DNA of 60,647 nucleotides, from contig PFUG01000519.1 in the NCBI GenBank assembly GCA_002789955.1, positions 1 through 60,647 on the forward strand, in the 5' to 3' direction. Shown piece after piece: positions 1 through 8,266 of this stretch. The notes under the pieces are model-generated. The model worked only from the letters and a program-made list of their open reading frames with translations. It did no database searches and was not told the DNA's origin. The first letter of the stretch is position 1; every line of letters begins with the position of its first letter. The DNA comes from Deltaproteobacteria bacterium CG_4_9_14_3_um_filter_63_12. GTDB taxonomy: Bacteria > Myxococcota_A > Bradymonadia > UBA4248 > UM-FILTER-63-12. The position numbers and the translations under genes were made by a program.

Positions 1-870
1 CGCTTGCCCCAAGCCACGGCGAGCTCGGCGGCGATGCCGAGACGGCCGCTGCCTTTGGGGCCGCAGACGACGACTTGTGCTGCATCATGGGTCGAACTGT
101 GACCGACAGCCAATTGGCGGATGCGGGGTGCCAGAACAGCTTTGAGTCGCTTGGAGGCACCCGGTAAATCGTCGCCATCAAGCCTCTCGAGGAGTGGCTG
201 TGGCCAGCCGCAGAGCCAAGCCACGACGTCGCCTGGGACGCGGAGGCCGACCTCGGCTGTGGTGCCGCCTGGGGTCTTTGTCTCTACAAAGTCGACGAGC
301 CCAAGCCGCCGCAGCTGCTCTGCAGCGAGCGGCCCGCTTCCATCGAGGAGCTCGCACCCTCCAACGGCTTCAGGGCTCTCGACGGCGAGCAGGAGTGAGG
401 CGAACCCGACGGGCATCGCTAGTCGGCCAAAATCCGCCCATGCGTATCGAAACACTCGAGACGGCGGCGTGCTCGCCGCGCCGGCCACGAGCAGAGCCAG
501 CAGTCGCAAGGCTTCTTCGGGGAGCTGTAGGCGGAGCGAGAGCGACCACCAACGCTCGGCCAACGGGTCGCCATCGCTGTGCGCAGTCTCCAAAAGCCGC
601 CAGCAGCGAGACCACGAGCCCCCTATCCGCTCTGAATCACTGGAAATCTGTGGTGGGGGGGGGCAAAATATCACCACCCAGCGCGAGGGCGTAACGCAGC
701 TCTTCGGGCCAAATTCTTGCGCCGTCGCGTGGGTCGAGCCGGAGCCAGCCGCGGGTGTGGGCTCTGGAGAGCCAGGCGGCGAGGGTCTCAAGCGCGAATG
801 TCCCCAAGGCATTGGGGACTCGAGAGTCGATGGTTCGTTGTGCTGAAGGTTGGTGCACGGGGGCTCGCCG
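1..870 (-). pseudogene. Partial, apparently frameshifted paralog of the two-domain AAA+ ATPase at 35668-37917. It runs off the left edge of the window.
   Basis: A minus-strand frame is open to position 1. It translates to ...LLETAHSDGDPLAERWWSLSLRLQLPEEALRLLALLVAGAASTPPSRVFRYAWADFGRL...AAQVVVCGPKGSGRLGIAAELAVAWGKR. This mirrors the [13 protein letters not shown] and [20 protein letters not shown] segments of the ATPase at 35668. Upstream, a different protein-like frame (ORF 637-1014, ...LETLAAWLSRAHTRGWL...GGDILPPP) stops at 637-639, just after a G9 run (655-663). The 5' limit and start codon are not determined. Confidence 0.45.
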
Positions 871-997
871 GACTGAAGGACAAGTTTGAGCGCGACTTGG
901 GGACGGTACAGCGATAGGCCGTCCGAGCAAGCGTTGAATTCTTTCGCTGGCCGTTGACCGCCAAACAGGACATTGACTGCAAGAAAAGAAAGCAAAA

Positions 998-1046
998 GGG
1001 GGTCCGGGGGACAAAGTCCCCCGGCGGGTCAGGGCAGAGCCCTGCC
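998..1046. repeat. REP-like double-hairpin element, copy 1. It may act as an intrinsic terminator on the minus strand.
   Basis: The sequence gggggtccgggggacaaagtcccccggcgggtcagggcagagccctgcc contains a perfect 9-bp stem (ccgggggac/gtcccccgg, 3-nt loop) and a 6-bp stem (cagggc/gccctg). A near-identical copy lies at 1166-1213. On the minus strand the hairpins are followed by a T-rich tract (cccccttttgctttcttttctt). Confidence 0.6.
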
Positions 1047-1165
1047 TCTCTAGTGTAAACCGTCATGACTCTCCATGTTTATTGACTGCAAGGAGCGCCC
1101 CCCAATCCTCAGGAATTCTTCAAAAATACCGGCATGTTGTTGATTACAGAAAAAAGAAAGTCATT

Positions 1166-1213
1166 GGGGGTCCGGGGGACAAAGTCCCCCGGCGGGTCAG
1201 GGCGGAGCCCTGC
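1166..1213. repeat. REP-like double-hairpin element, copy 2.
   Basis: This is near-identical to 998-1046, with one substitution in the second hairpin (cagggcggagccctg). It lies about 90 nt downstream of the stop of the minus-strand lipoprotein gene at 1303. The shared flanking words attgactgcaag (972 and 1081) and gaattctt (944 and 1113) suggest a longer duplicated unit. Confidence 0.6.
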
Positions 1214-1302
1214 TTCCCTGAAAGGCCACGCTCATAAGCACGGACACATGTGAAGCGTTACACTAGACTGGCCACGCCCATGTCCGATCGCCACGCGCCC
1301 CC

Positions 1303-1890
1303 TTACTCTTCGGGCGCGAGCGGCTCGCTCGCCTCGCTCGGGAGGAGCAGCGTCGCGGCCCAGACAGATAAGGCCCCGCTCGCCTCCACTGTCGCTCGCT
1401 CAACCGAGATATTGCGTTGCCGCTCTGTCGCCAGCGGAACCAGATGGTCTTCGAACTCTGCAACCCCTACGAAGTGCTCCTCGCCGAGCTCTTCACCCGT
1501 TCGGGTGACGAGCACGGCCGACAGCACGACCTCGGTGCGGTAGCTCGTCGCGGCGACCGAGCTCGTCCCCGCGGCCTCGAACTTCGAGATGCCCAGCGGC
1601 TCGGTGCGTACCTCGGTCACCACGACGCGGAGCTGCGGCAGGCCAGGCTCTGGCGCGACCCACACCACCCCGTGCACCGACGAGGTGCCGCGCAAAGCGC
1701 GCGCCACGGCGAGGGGCAGCCCGGGTTCCACGGCGTCCGACTCGACCCGCAGCGAAACTTGGGTGTCGGCCAAGGCGCGCGCGGTAAACTGGTAGCCACA
1801 CCCCGTCGCGCCCAGGTTGCTCGCCAACGCGAGTGCTAACGCGATGCTCGCGCCCCGCCACCAAACCGATGTGGCGGGCCTATTCCCCAC
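1303..1890 (-). CDS. LptE-like lipoprotein (putative).
   Basis: It has a signal peptide with a lipobox (ALALASNLGATG|C), followed by GCGYQF, which resembles the GCG[FY]H[FL] start of mature LptE proteins. The size is about 195 aa. Its start overlaps the end of the upstream cytochrome gene by 11 nt. Confidence 0.4.
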   Translation of the reverse strand: MGNRPATSVWWRGASIALALALASNLGATGCGYQFTARALADTQVSLRVESDAVEPGLPLAVARALRGTSSVHGVVWVAPEPGLPQLRVVVTEVRTEPLGISKFEAAGTSSVAATSYRTEVVLSAVLVTRTGEELGEEHFVGVAEFEDHLVPLATERQRNISVERATVEASGALSVWAATLLLPSEASEPLAPEE

Positions 1891-3112
1891 AAGGACCTCG
1901 CAGCGCCGCGACGTCCTGGTGACACTTCGCGCAAGCCGTCTGGTTTTGCTTCAGCATCTCGCCACAGCGGTCGAGAAAGTCGCCGCCGTGCGGCTCGATG
2001 ACGGAATGACAGCCGATGCAGGTCGCCTCACTGTGACAGCTCACACAGGCTTCGATGGAGCGCCGGGCTTCCTCGCCGTGGAACGACTCGCTGCTCGGGT
2101 CCTCGACGAAACCTGGTGGATGCAGGCTCGCTCCGGGAGGCGGCCTCAGGGTCTCTCCCACGCGGGTCCCCTCGTGGCATTCCACGCAGAAGTCCTGCTC
2201 CATGTGACAGGTCGAGCAGTCGGTCTCGCCCGACAGAGAGTCCATGCCATGCATCAGCGTGTAGTTGGGCGGATGAATCTCTTGGGGGCGAAGCACGCCG
2301 TCGTGGCAGCGCTCGCAGCTCGCCGGTTGGTGACAAGTTTCGCAGACCTCGCCGTCGACCTTGGCCGCCAGAGAATGGTCTCGCACGAAGTCGAAGCGGT
2401 GGTCGCCGCCGGAGGCGCTCTCGGTCGGCACCAACTCACCGCTCTCGAAGGACGTCTGCAGACGGCCGCTGGCATCGGACAGGTGGCAGCCTGCGCACTC
2501 TTGCGTGGCGGCTCCTTGCTCCTCATGACAGCCGATGCAGCGCTGCATGCTCGGCAGCGTGGCGTTGCTCGTAGGGGAGTCCGTGCTCATCTCGCCGTGA
2601 CAGCTTTGGCAATCGGCGCCAGAGGCCAGGTGAATTCGGTGAGAGAAGGTGAGCTTGGCACCCGTCGGGCGCGTCAGCGTCGGTGGGTTCGACACGGCGC
2701 GGTAGGCCGTCTCGCCGTTGGGAAAGGTCGGTGGCTCGTCTCGATACTCGGTGTGGCAGAGGTCGCAGGTCTCTGCGGGGTCGGCGTGGCAGGTCGTGCA
2801 GACCTCCATAGTCGGGAACAAGTTGTCGTCGGCGCGCACACTTAGGGTTGCTTGCGTGTGGCAATCGACACAGGCGATGCCTGTGTGCGAGGGATGCACC
2901 TCGGCGAGGGTCGAGCTCCAGAGCGGGTACACCACACTGCTGTTGTTGCGCGCGTCCTGCGCGCAACCCTTCGGGTTGGCGCAACTCTCCGCCATCCCTG
3001 GCTCCGAGTGCTCGGAGCCGAGGGGCTCGAGGGGCTCTCCGAGGCTGCCATCCACCCACAGGAGTTGGACGACCAATGTCAGCGCCAAGCCAAGGCGGCC
3101 TATTCGTCTCAT
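1880..3112 (-). CDS. Multiheme c-type cytochrome with 13 CXXCH motifs, secreted.
   Basis: The 13 motifs are CVDCH, CTTCH, CDLCH, CQSCH, CIGCH, CAGCH, CETCH, CERCH, CSTCH, CVECH, CVSCH, CIGCH and CAKCH. I chose the start at MRRIGRLGLALTLVVQLLWV (signal-like). That ATG at 3110-3112 overlaps the TGA of the upstream gene (ATGA). The longer ORF extension to 3430 is Arg-rich and overlaps the barrel gene. Confidence 0.85.
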   Translation of the reverse strand: MRRIGRLGLALTLVVQLLWVDGSLGEPLEPLGSEHSEPGMAESCANPKGCAQDARNNSSVVYPLWSSTLAEVHPSHTGIACVDCHTQATLSVRADDNLFPTMEVCTTCHADPAETCDLCHTEYRDEPPTFPNGETAYRAVSNPPTLTRPTGAKLTFSHRIHLASGADCQSCHGEMSTDSPTSNATLPSMQRCIGCHEEQGAATQECAGCHLSDASGRLQTSFESGELVPTESASGGDHRFDFVRDHSLAAKVDGEVCETCHQPASCERCHDGVLRPQEIHPPNYTLMHGMDSLSGETDCSTCHMEQDFCVECHEGTRVGETLRPPPGASLHPPGFVEDPSSESFHGEEARRSIEACVSCHSEATCIGCHSVIEPHGGDFLDRCGEMLKQNQTACAKCHQDVAALRGPCGE

Positions 3113-4488
3113 AGGTCGAACTCCAGATTGAGCGTAGCGAAGAGACGAAAGTCCTGGTCGGTGTACGGGCTGTGGCGAAACTCGGCGGCCGCGTTCAGAA
3201 GGCCCCAAAACCCGAGCCGCAGGTCGGTGTCCGCCCGGACGCTGAAGGCGGTGCCGGCGAAGGCGGTCGTCGAGCGAGCGAAGTCGAGATGCGCCACTCC
3301 CAAGCCAAACTTGGCGAGTCGATAATACTCGGGGGTGTTGGCGGACAACCCAGTCCAGTGCCGCCGCCCGCCTTGGTCGACGTCGGTGCGGTGGCTCAGA
3401 CGCGTCCAGATTCCGAGGCCTGGACGCCAACGCACCGAGAGCTGGCCGCCACCTCCCGAGTCCCCGTCGTCTTCAGAGCCGCCTTCATACCAGTTCATGG
3501 CGGCCCGAGCCTGCAACTGCAAGTCCGGGCTCAGCTGCCAACTGGTGCGCAAGGTGAGCGAGTCGCGGGCGCGCAGGTCGAAGACGTTGAAGATACTGTC
3601 GGCGTCGAACACAGGGCGTCGCCGTTGGGCGCCGACGCTGGCGGACAGGTCGGCGTCCAGGTGTGCGGTCACCTCCCCTTCGAGCCCAGCGAACTGGCTG
3701 CCGTAGAAATCGTAGACCGAGGTCACCTCGGTGGTCACCCAGTGGGTGAGTTGCTGGCGATAGGCGGCGCCGAGCCGCATGCTCTCGACGCCGTCGTAGA
3801 CGTCCCGCAGTTGCTCCCGCAAGACGACCTCCGCTGACGCGCCATGGCCACCGTAGCTGAGCCCTCCTCCGAGAACCCCGCTAGGCTCTGCATAGTCGTT
3901 CTGTCCTTTCACTTGTGTCGAGGCGGTGCCGTCGAGATCGTAGGCCGAGGTGTCGAGGAGGCCTTGGTCCTCCTTCACCTCGAGCCCTGCGTGCAGTTGG
4001 ACCTTCAGCCCTTCCCAGATTCGGTAGGAGATTCTCGCCCCATCGAAGTCCACCCAGCCGAGGCTGTCGCTCTCGATTTGGCGCCCCACCTTCAGGACCA
4101 ACCGGCGATGGAACAAGCGGGCCGTCAGGAAGGCGTAGAGCAGGTCGACCTGGTTCTGTCGATGAGCGGTTTGGACCACTGGAGAGTCCGACTCGAGCGC
4201 GCCAAAGTCCGTGTCGAAGCGCAGCGCGGTTTGGAAACTGAGGAAGGAACTGCCGTCGCCCGTCAAATCTAACCCGGCGAGACGTAGAATCTGGGTCATC
4301 CTGCGATGTGGGGTGGTCTCGCCATCGCTGCGCAGAACCGCGAACGCCTGGCCGATGGTTTGGACATTCAGGTCATATTCCCCACCCTCAACCGGACCGG
4401 GCAGCACGGCGACGCACAGCGCGACGAGCAGAGGCGGGGCCAGCCAGGGGTGACGTCGCTGGGGATGTTTTTCGACGTTTCTCGCCAT
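3109..4488 (-). CDS. Predicted outer-membrane beta-barrel protein.
   Basis: I chose the start at MARNVEKHPQRRHPWLAPPLLVALCVAVLPGPVEG (signal peptide). The protein has a long run of alternating hydrophobic/polar beta-strand-like segments and many Y/W/F-G-D turns. The C-terminus is ...FRLFATLNLEFDL. It is translationally coupled (ATGA) to the multiheme cytochrome. Confidence 0.5.
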   Translation of the reverse strand: MARNVEKHPQRRHPWLAPPLLVALCVAVLPGPVEGGEYDLNVQTIGQAFAVLRSDGETTPHRRMTQILRLAGLDLTGDGSSFLSFQTALRFDTDFGALESDSPVVQTAHRQNQVDLLYAFLTARLFHRRLVLKVGRQIESDSLGWVDFDGARISYRIWEGLKVQLHAGLEVKEDQGLLDTSAYDLDGTASTQVKGQNDYAEPSGVLGGGLSYGGHGASAEVVLREQLRDVYDGVESMRLGAAYRQQLTHWVTTEVTSVYDFYGSQFAGLEGEVTAHLDADLSASVGAQRRRPVFDADSIFNVFDLRARDSLTLRTSWQLSPDLQLQARAAMNWYEGGSEDDGDSGGGGQLSVRWRPGLGIWTRLSHRTDVDQGGRRHWTGLSANTPEYYRLAKFGLGVAHLDFARSTTAFAGTAFSVRADTDLRLGFWGLLNAAAEFRHSPYTDQDFRLFATLNLEFDL

Positions 4489-4892
4489 ACGGAGGGGGCT
4501 CGCGCCTGTGGCGGTCTTGATGAACGAAGCAAGGCAACTCGGCCACGATGGCGGAGAGTCGTGGGCACCCGAAGGGTTGGCGCCGGACGCACCAACATGC
4601 CACCCGCGAGCGACGAGCGTCAACACGCTGAACGCTCATTGCCGAGCGGACGCCCCCCATCGACTACGCAAAGAGGTCAGGACCGCGAACTTCTTTGCAG
4701 CGCAAAGCCGGCGCGAAACACCCTTTGCTTGCTCGTTTCGAACAGCTTGGTAATGATGAAGGGGTCGAACGGCCTCGACGTGCGCGAGGTTCGTCGAGCA
4801 ACGTCCGATGGATGAGTCCTGCACCTTTGGGGGAATGGACTTTGCTATCGTTGCCTATTTATCTGCGCGTTCTCTGCGATAACCGAGCGGTC

Positions 4893-5507
4893 ATGCCGAT
4901 GAAACCTATCCACACCAACCTCTTCGCCACCGACCCTTTGAGCAACCGCGGCTTCGCCCGAGCCGGCGTGAGCTTGGTCGAGCTCATGATCGTGGTCGCC
5001 ATCATCGCGATCCTGATCGGTGCAGCCTACCCCGTCATCTCCCAAACTCAGCGCGAGTCCCGCGTGGACAACACGTCCCGGGAGCTCGGGCGAGTGATCA
5101 AGCAACAGAGGTTGCGAGCGCAGAACTTTAATCGCTCGATGTTCTTCAAAGTCGATGTGGACAACCAGAAGGTTGAGATCGCCGCTCTCGATCTGGCCAA
5201 GGCCACTACGAACCGCAGCTGTGCTGTCCTGGACAGGGACATGGACACCGAGCACGTCGCCTTCGACCTCGCCGACGGCCTCCACAATGACGCTTCGCTG
5301 ACCAATCGCGACGGCTCAGCGTGGGTCAACGGCTGGGTATGCATCCGCCCTGATGGACAGATCATCAACCCCTCTGGTCTCCAGCCCTACACAGGAGAAA
5401 GCGGGGTCTTGAGGTTCTATGTGGAACGCTCCGACGGCGTTGGAGACATCCGTGCCATCAACGTCCCCTTCAACGGCGTCGTCCGTCACTCGATCTTGCC
5501 GCGCTGA
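4893..5507 (+). CDS. Prepilin-type N-terminal cleavage/methylation domain protein (GspH/FimT-like minor pseudopilin).
   Basis: The N-terminus is MPMKPIHTNLFATDPLSNRGFARAG|VSLVELMIVVAIIAILIGAAYPV. This is the G-x-x-x-x-E pattern with a hydrophobic helix typical of type IV pilin-like proteins. No other pilus or T2SS genes are nearby. Confidence 0.7.
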   Translation: MPMKPIHTNLFATDPLSNRGFARAGVSLVELMIVVAIIAILIGAAYPVISQTQRESRVDNTSRELGRVIKQQRLRAQNFNRSMFFKVDVDNQKVEIAALDLAKATTNRSCAVLDRDMDTEHVAFDLADGLHNDASLTNRDGSAWVNGWVCIRPDGQIINPSGLQPYTGESGVLRFYVERSDGVGDIRAINVPFNGVVRHSILPR

Positions 5508-5600
5508 GGCTTGGAGCGCTCGAGCAGGTCGCTAAATTGCCGTGAGAGGCTCGCATGTTAGCGTGAGTCGGGGCCTTCCCTTCCTGCCGAGTCGAGAGAC

Positions 5601-7361
5601 GTGCACCACCACCACTCATCTGCGCGCCGCGCCGCGCGCCAGCTCCTATTGCCGCCGTTGGCGTGCCTGCTCGTCCTGTCGAGTGGTTGCAACTTCCGCA
5701 ACACGGGGTCGCCGCTCGCTTCGGAGGGCCGCATCATCCAGTATTCTCTGCGCCTCGACGAGCAGGGAGAGGGCTTCTTCGTCGAAGCCGTCTTCCCTCC
5801 AGGCCTAGCTCTAGAGCGCTTGTGTTCGCCGTCATTGGGCAACCGAGCCGGTGAATCCTTGGAGTGGAGGGGGCTCGAGAACGAGACCGGCAGCATCCCG
5901 TTGAGCTGGGAAGACGACGGCTGTTTTACGATCCCTAGGCAACGAGGCGAGGTCGCCGCGCGCTACCATGTCGCCACGCTCTCCCGAGACAGACCCGCCT
6001 GGAGAGCGGTCAGTCTGAGTCCATACGCAGACGCGGACCGCCTCGTATTTCCCGGTGAGGTGGTGTTCTTGGAGCTCGATGGACGAGACGCCGCCGCCCA
6101 GGTCCCCAGTCAGGTCTCGATCTTTGACAGCGATGGAACGCCGTTGGCTTTGGGCGTTCACGACGTCCATTCGACCCTCAAGAAGAGCGAGGACGCCTGG
6201 CTCGCGCCCAACAACGAGGTGCTCATTCGCTCGCTCCTCTGGCTCGAGGACGCGGCGGTCTGCACTGCGGTCGACGGCGAGCTCGGGCGCATGAACCTCG
6301 TCGTCTCCGGCGGCTTGGCGGCCCCTGAGCTCGCCGCCGAGACTGCGCAGCTCGTCCACTCCCTCGAGCAGTGGGCGCCGACGCGCTCGGCCTCGCTGGA
6401 GCTGCTCGCCCTCCTGCCCGCTCGCTGGGACCGTTCGGCGAGATCCGGCTTCGCGCGCCGCAACGGCATCGTGCTTCAGGTCGGACAAGACGCCCTAGCT
6501 GACCCTGAGGTGTTTCGCAGCCTGCTCTCGCACGAGCTCTTCCACCTCTACAACGGCGAGTCGCTGTTCTACTCGGAAGAGGACTACGCTGCGACGACCT
6601 GGTTCCGTGAGGGAACCACAAGCTATGTCTCTGCGGTCGCGCTGGTCCAGAGTGGGCTTGGCGACGAGGCGAGCTTCATGAAGAAGCTCGCCGAGCACGC
6701 TTCGAACTATCTGCTCAACCCGGTGCGTCGAGACGCGAAAGCCAGCGAGCTCGATTGGCGTCGCATGCCCTATGACCATGGCGTGCTCCTGAGCCTCGCC
6801 CTGGACTTGATCCTGCGAGACGTCTCTGGAGGGACACGGTCCCTGCAAGGCTTTTGGCGTTACTTCGCCGAGAGTCGGTATTGGAAGTGGCAGCAGACGA
6901 ACGAGACGTTGCTCTTCGCCCTCAACCAGTACTCGGGGGTCGAACTGAGCGGCTTCTTCGAGACCTATGTCAAGGGCTCGGCGCCCATTCCGGTCTACGC
7001 GCTGTTGCGCAACAGCGGCTTCGACGTCAGCCCGACACAGCGTGAGCTGGCCTATCTCGAGATGAGCGTCGAGTACAACGTCGACCGCGTCGAACTGGTG
7101 GTGACAGGGCTCGTCAAAGACGGTGTCGCGGATTTGGCCGGGGTGCAGCTGGGCGATGTCTTGGTGCCACTCGAGGGGACCAGCTTCGATAAGATCGACG
7201 CGCCGATCGAGTTCAAGATTCGGCGGCAGGGAGAGGAGAGCTTCGTACGCTTGCGTGCGGCGAGGCAGCTCGCTCCGACGGTGGACATCCACCCGAGCGG
7301 CGACCAGCCGGACCTCCCTTTCCGGTTGATCCTCGAGCCCTATGCAAACGCGCAACTTTGA
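5601..7361 (+). CDS. M61-like zinc metallopeptidase lipoprotein with a C-terminal PDZ domain.
   Basis: It has a lipobox (LLVLSSG|C) and an HEXXH motif in the context LLSHELFHLYNGE, which resembles the M61 HEYFHxWN motif. A PDZ-like segment (VVTGLVKDGVADLAGVQLGDVLVPLEG) lies near the C-terminus. The start codon is GTG. Confidence 0.65.
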   Translation: MHHHHSSARRAARQLLLPPLACLLVLSSGCNFRNTGSPLASEGRIIQYSLRLDEQGEGFFVEAVFPPGLALERLCSPSLGNRAGESLEWRGLENETGSIPLSWEDDGCFTIPRQRGEVAARYHVATLSRDRPAWRAVSLSPYADADRLVFPGEVVFLELDGRDAAAQVPSQVSIFDSDGTPLALGVHDVHSTLKKSEDAWLAPNNEVLIRSLLWLEDAAVCTAVDGELGRMNLVVSGGLAAPELAAETAQLVHSLEQWAPTRSASLELLALLPARWDRSARSGFARRNGIVLQVGQDALADPEVFRSLLSHELFHLYNGESLFYSEEDYAATTWFREGTTSYVSAVALVQSGLGDEASFMKKLAEHASNYLLNPVRRDAKASELDWRRMPYDHGVLLSLALDLILRDVSGGTRSLQGFWRYFAESRYWKWQQTNETLLFALNQYSGVELSGFFETYVKGSAPIPVYALLRNSGFDVSPTQRELAYLEMSVEYNVDRVELVVTGLVKDGVADLAGVQLGDVLVPLEGTSFDKIDAPIEFKIRRQGEESFVRLRAARQLAPTVDIHPSGDQPDLPFRLILEPYANAQL

Positions 7362-7368
7362 GGCGTAA

Positions 7369-7401
7369 GCAAAGGAGGGGAGCCGAGCTCCCCTTCTTTG
7401 T
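7369..7401. terminator. Hairpin between convergent genes (M61 peptidase and pspA).
   Basis: The hairpin is gcaaaggagggga-gccgagc-tccccttctttgt, a stem of about 12 bp with one mismatch. It is flanked by T-rich sequence on the plus strand and sits in the 64-nt convergent gap. Confidence 0.5.
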
Positions 7402-7425
7402 TTCCTGAGGTGAGACCTCGAAGGT

Positions 7426-8196
7426 CTAGAAGTCCTCGCGATCCCAGCGGCTGCTGGAGCCTGCGGAGGAGGAGGCGCCGACGTTCTCTTCCTCGACACT
7501 GAACGAGGAGGCCTCGGCGGGCTGGGCGAGTCCCATCTTCGCTTTGAGAGCGGAGAGGGCGTCGTCGGAGCCCTGGTTCTCTTCGAGGGCGGAGAACTTC
7601 GCGTCCAAGGTGTCGCCGGAGAATTCGTTGGCGAGCTCGGTCTCGGCTTCGGCCTCGGCTTCTTCCTTCTCGATCTTGTCCGCCATGCGGTCGAAGGCGT
7701 CGAAGGCCGAGTTCTGATTCATGCCGGCCAGCGTCGACTGGATCTGCTTCTGTGCACGAGCGCGCTTCTGGCGAGCGATGAGGAGGTTCTTCTTGCGCTT
7801 CGCCTCTTCGATCTTCGTGTTGAGCTGACGCAACGACGAGCGGAGGCTGTCGGTCGCGGCTTTCTGGAGCTCCCACTGCTTCTGATACTCGGAAGCCAGG
7901 TTGTCGTGCTCGGTCTTGCGCATGAGCGCTTCTTTCGCCAGGTCGTCCTTGCCAGCGCGGACGGCCATCATGGCCTTCTTCTCCCACTCGCTGGACATGC
8001 TCAGCTCGTTCTCGAGCTGTTTCTTGAGACGTTTCTCATCGGCGATTGCGACCGCAACCTGTTTCTTAGCCGTTACCAGGCTGTCCTTCATGTCGAGGAT
8101 CAGCTGATTGAGGATCTTTTCCGGATCCTCGGCTTTGGAGATCATGTCGTTGATATTGGCTTTGAGGAGAGTCCCAAGCCTCCCGAAGATACCCAT
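7426..8196 (-). CDS. pspA: Phage shock protein A / IM30 family protein.
   Basis: The N-terminus MGIFGRLGTLLKANINDMISKAEDPEKILNQLILDMKDSLVTAKKQVAVAIADEKRLKKQLE is a textbook PspA/IM30 N-terminus, followed by a long coiled coil. There is an AGGAG ribosome-binding site upstream. Confidence 0.9.
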   Translation of the reverse strand: MGIFGRLGTLLKANINDMISKAEDPEKILNQLILDMKDSLVTAKKQVAVAIADEKRLKKQLENELSMSSEWEKKAMMAVRAGKDDLAKEALMRKTEHDNLASEYQKQWELQKAATDSLRSSLRQLNTKIEEAKRKKNLLIARQKRARAQKQIQSTLAGMNQNSAFDAFDRMADKIEKEEAEAEAETELANEFSGDTLDAKFSALEENQGSDDALSALKAKMGLAQPAEASSFSVEEENVGASSSAGSSSRWDREDF

Positions 8197-8266
8197 TTTT
8201 CACTCCTAGCTTCTGTGGGTCAGGGGGCGCCGACTTGGCGCTGATCACCGCCCGGTACCTTGGACC

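Noticed and set aside
121-846. 241-aa and 166-aa plus-strand ORFs at the left edge.
   Set aside because: Their composition is Ser/Arg/Pro-rich. The opposite strand encodes sequence clearly paralogous to the AAA+ ATPase at 35668-37917.
1817-2845. A 342-aa plus-strand ORF. Similar long antisense ORFs occur at 6495-7499, 9581-10825, 12309-13409, 18564-19307, 25268-26374, 28115-29098, 30147-31010, 39215-40279, 48537-49418, 51617-52600, 52802-53869 and 57926-59077.
   Set aside because: Each lies antisense to a gene with unambiguous family motifs (multiheme CXXCH, M61, BatD, MoxR, FtsH, CdaA, GlmM, kinase and others). Each shows the Arg/Ala/Gly/Leu-rich composition expected of non-coding frames in high-GC DNA.
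3113-3430. An upstream extension of the cytochrome ORF, which would give the 516-aa version starting at 3430.
   Set aside because: The extension is Arg/Pro-rich and overlaps the 3' end of the barrel gene. An internal ATG gives a proper signal peptide and an ATGA overlap with the upstream stop.
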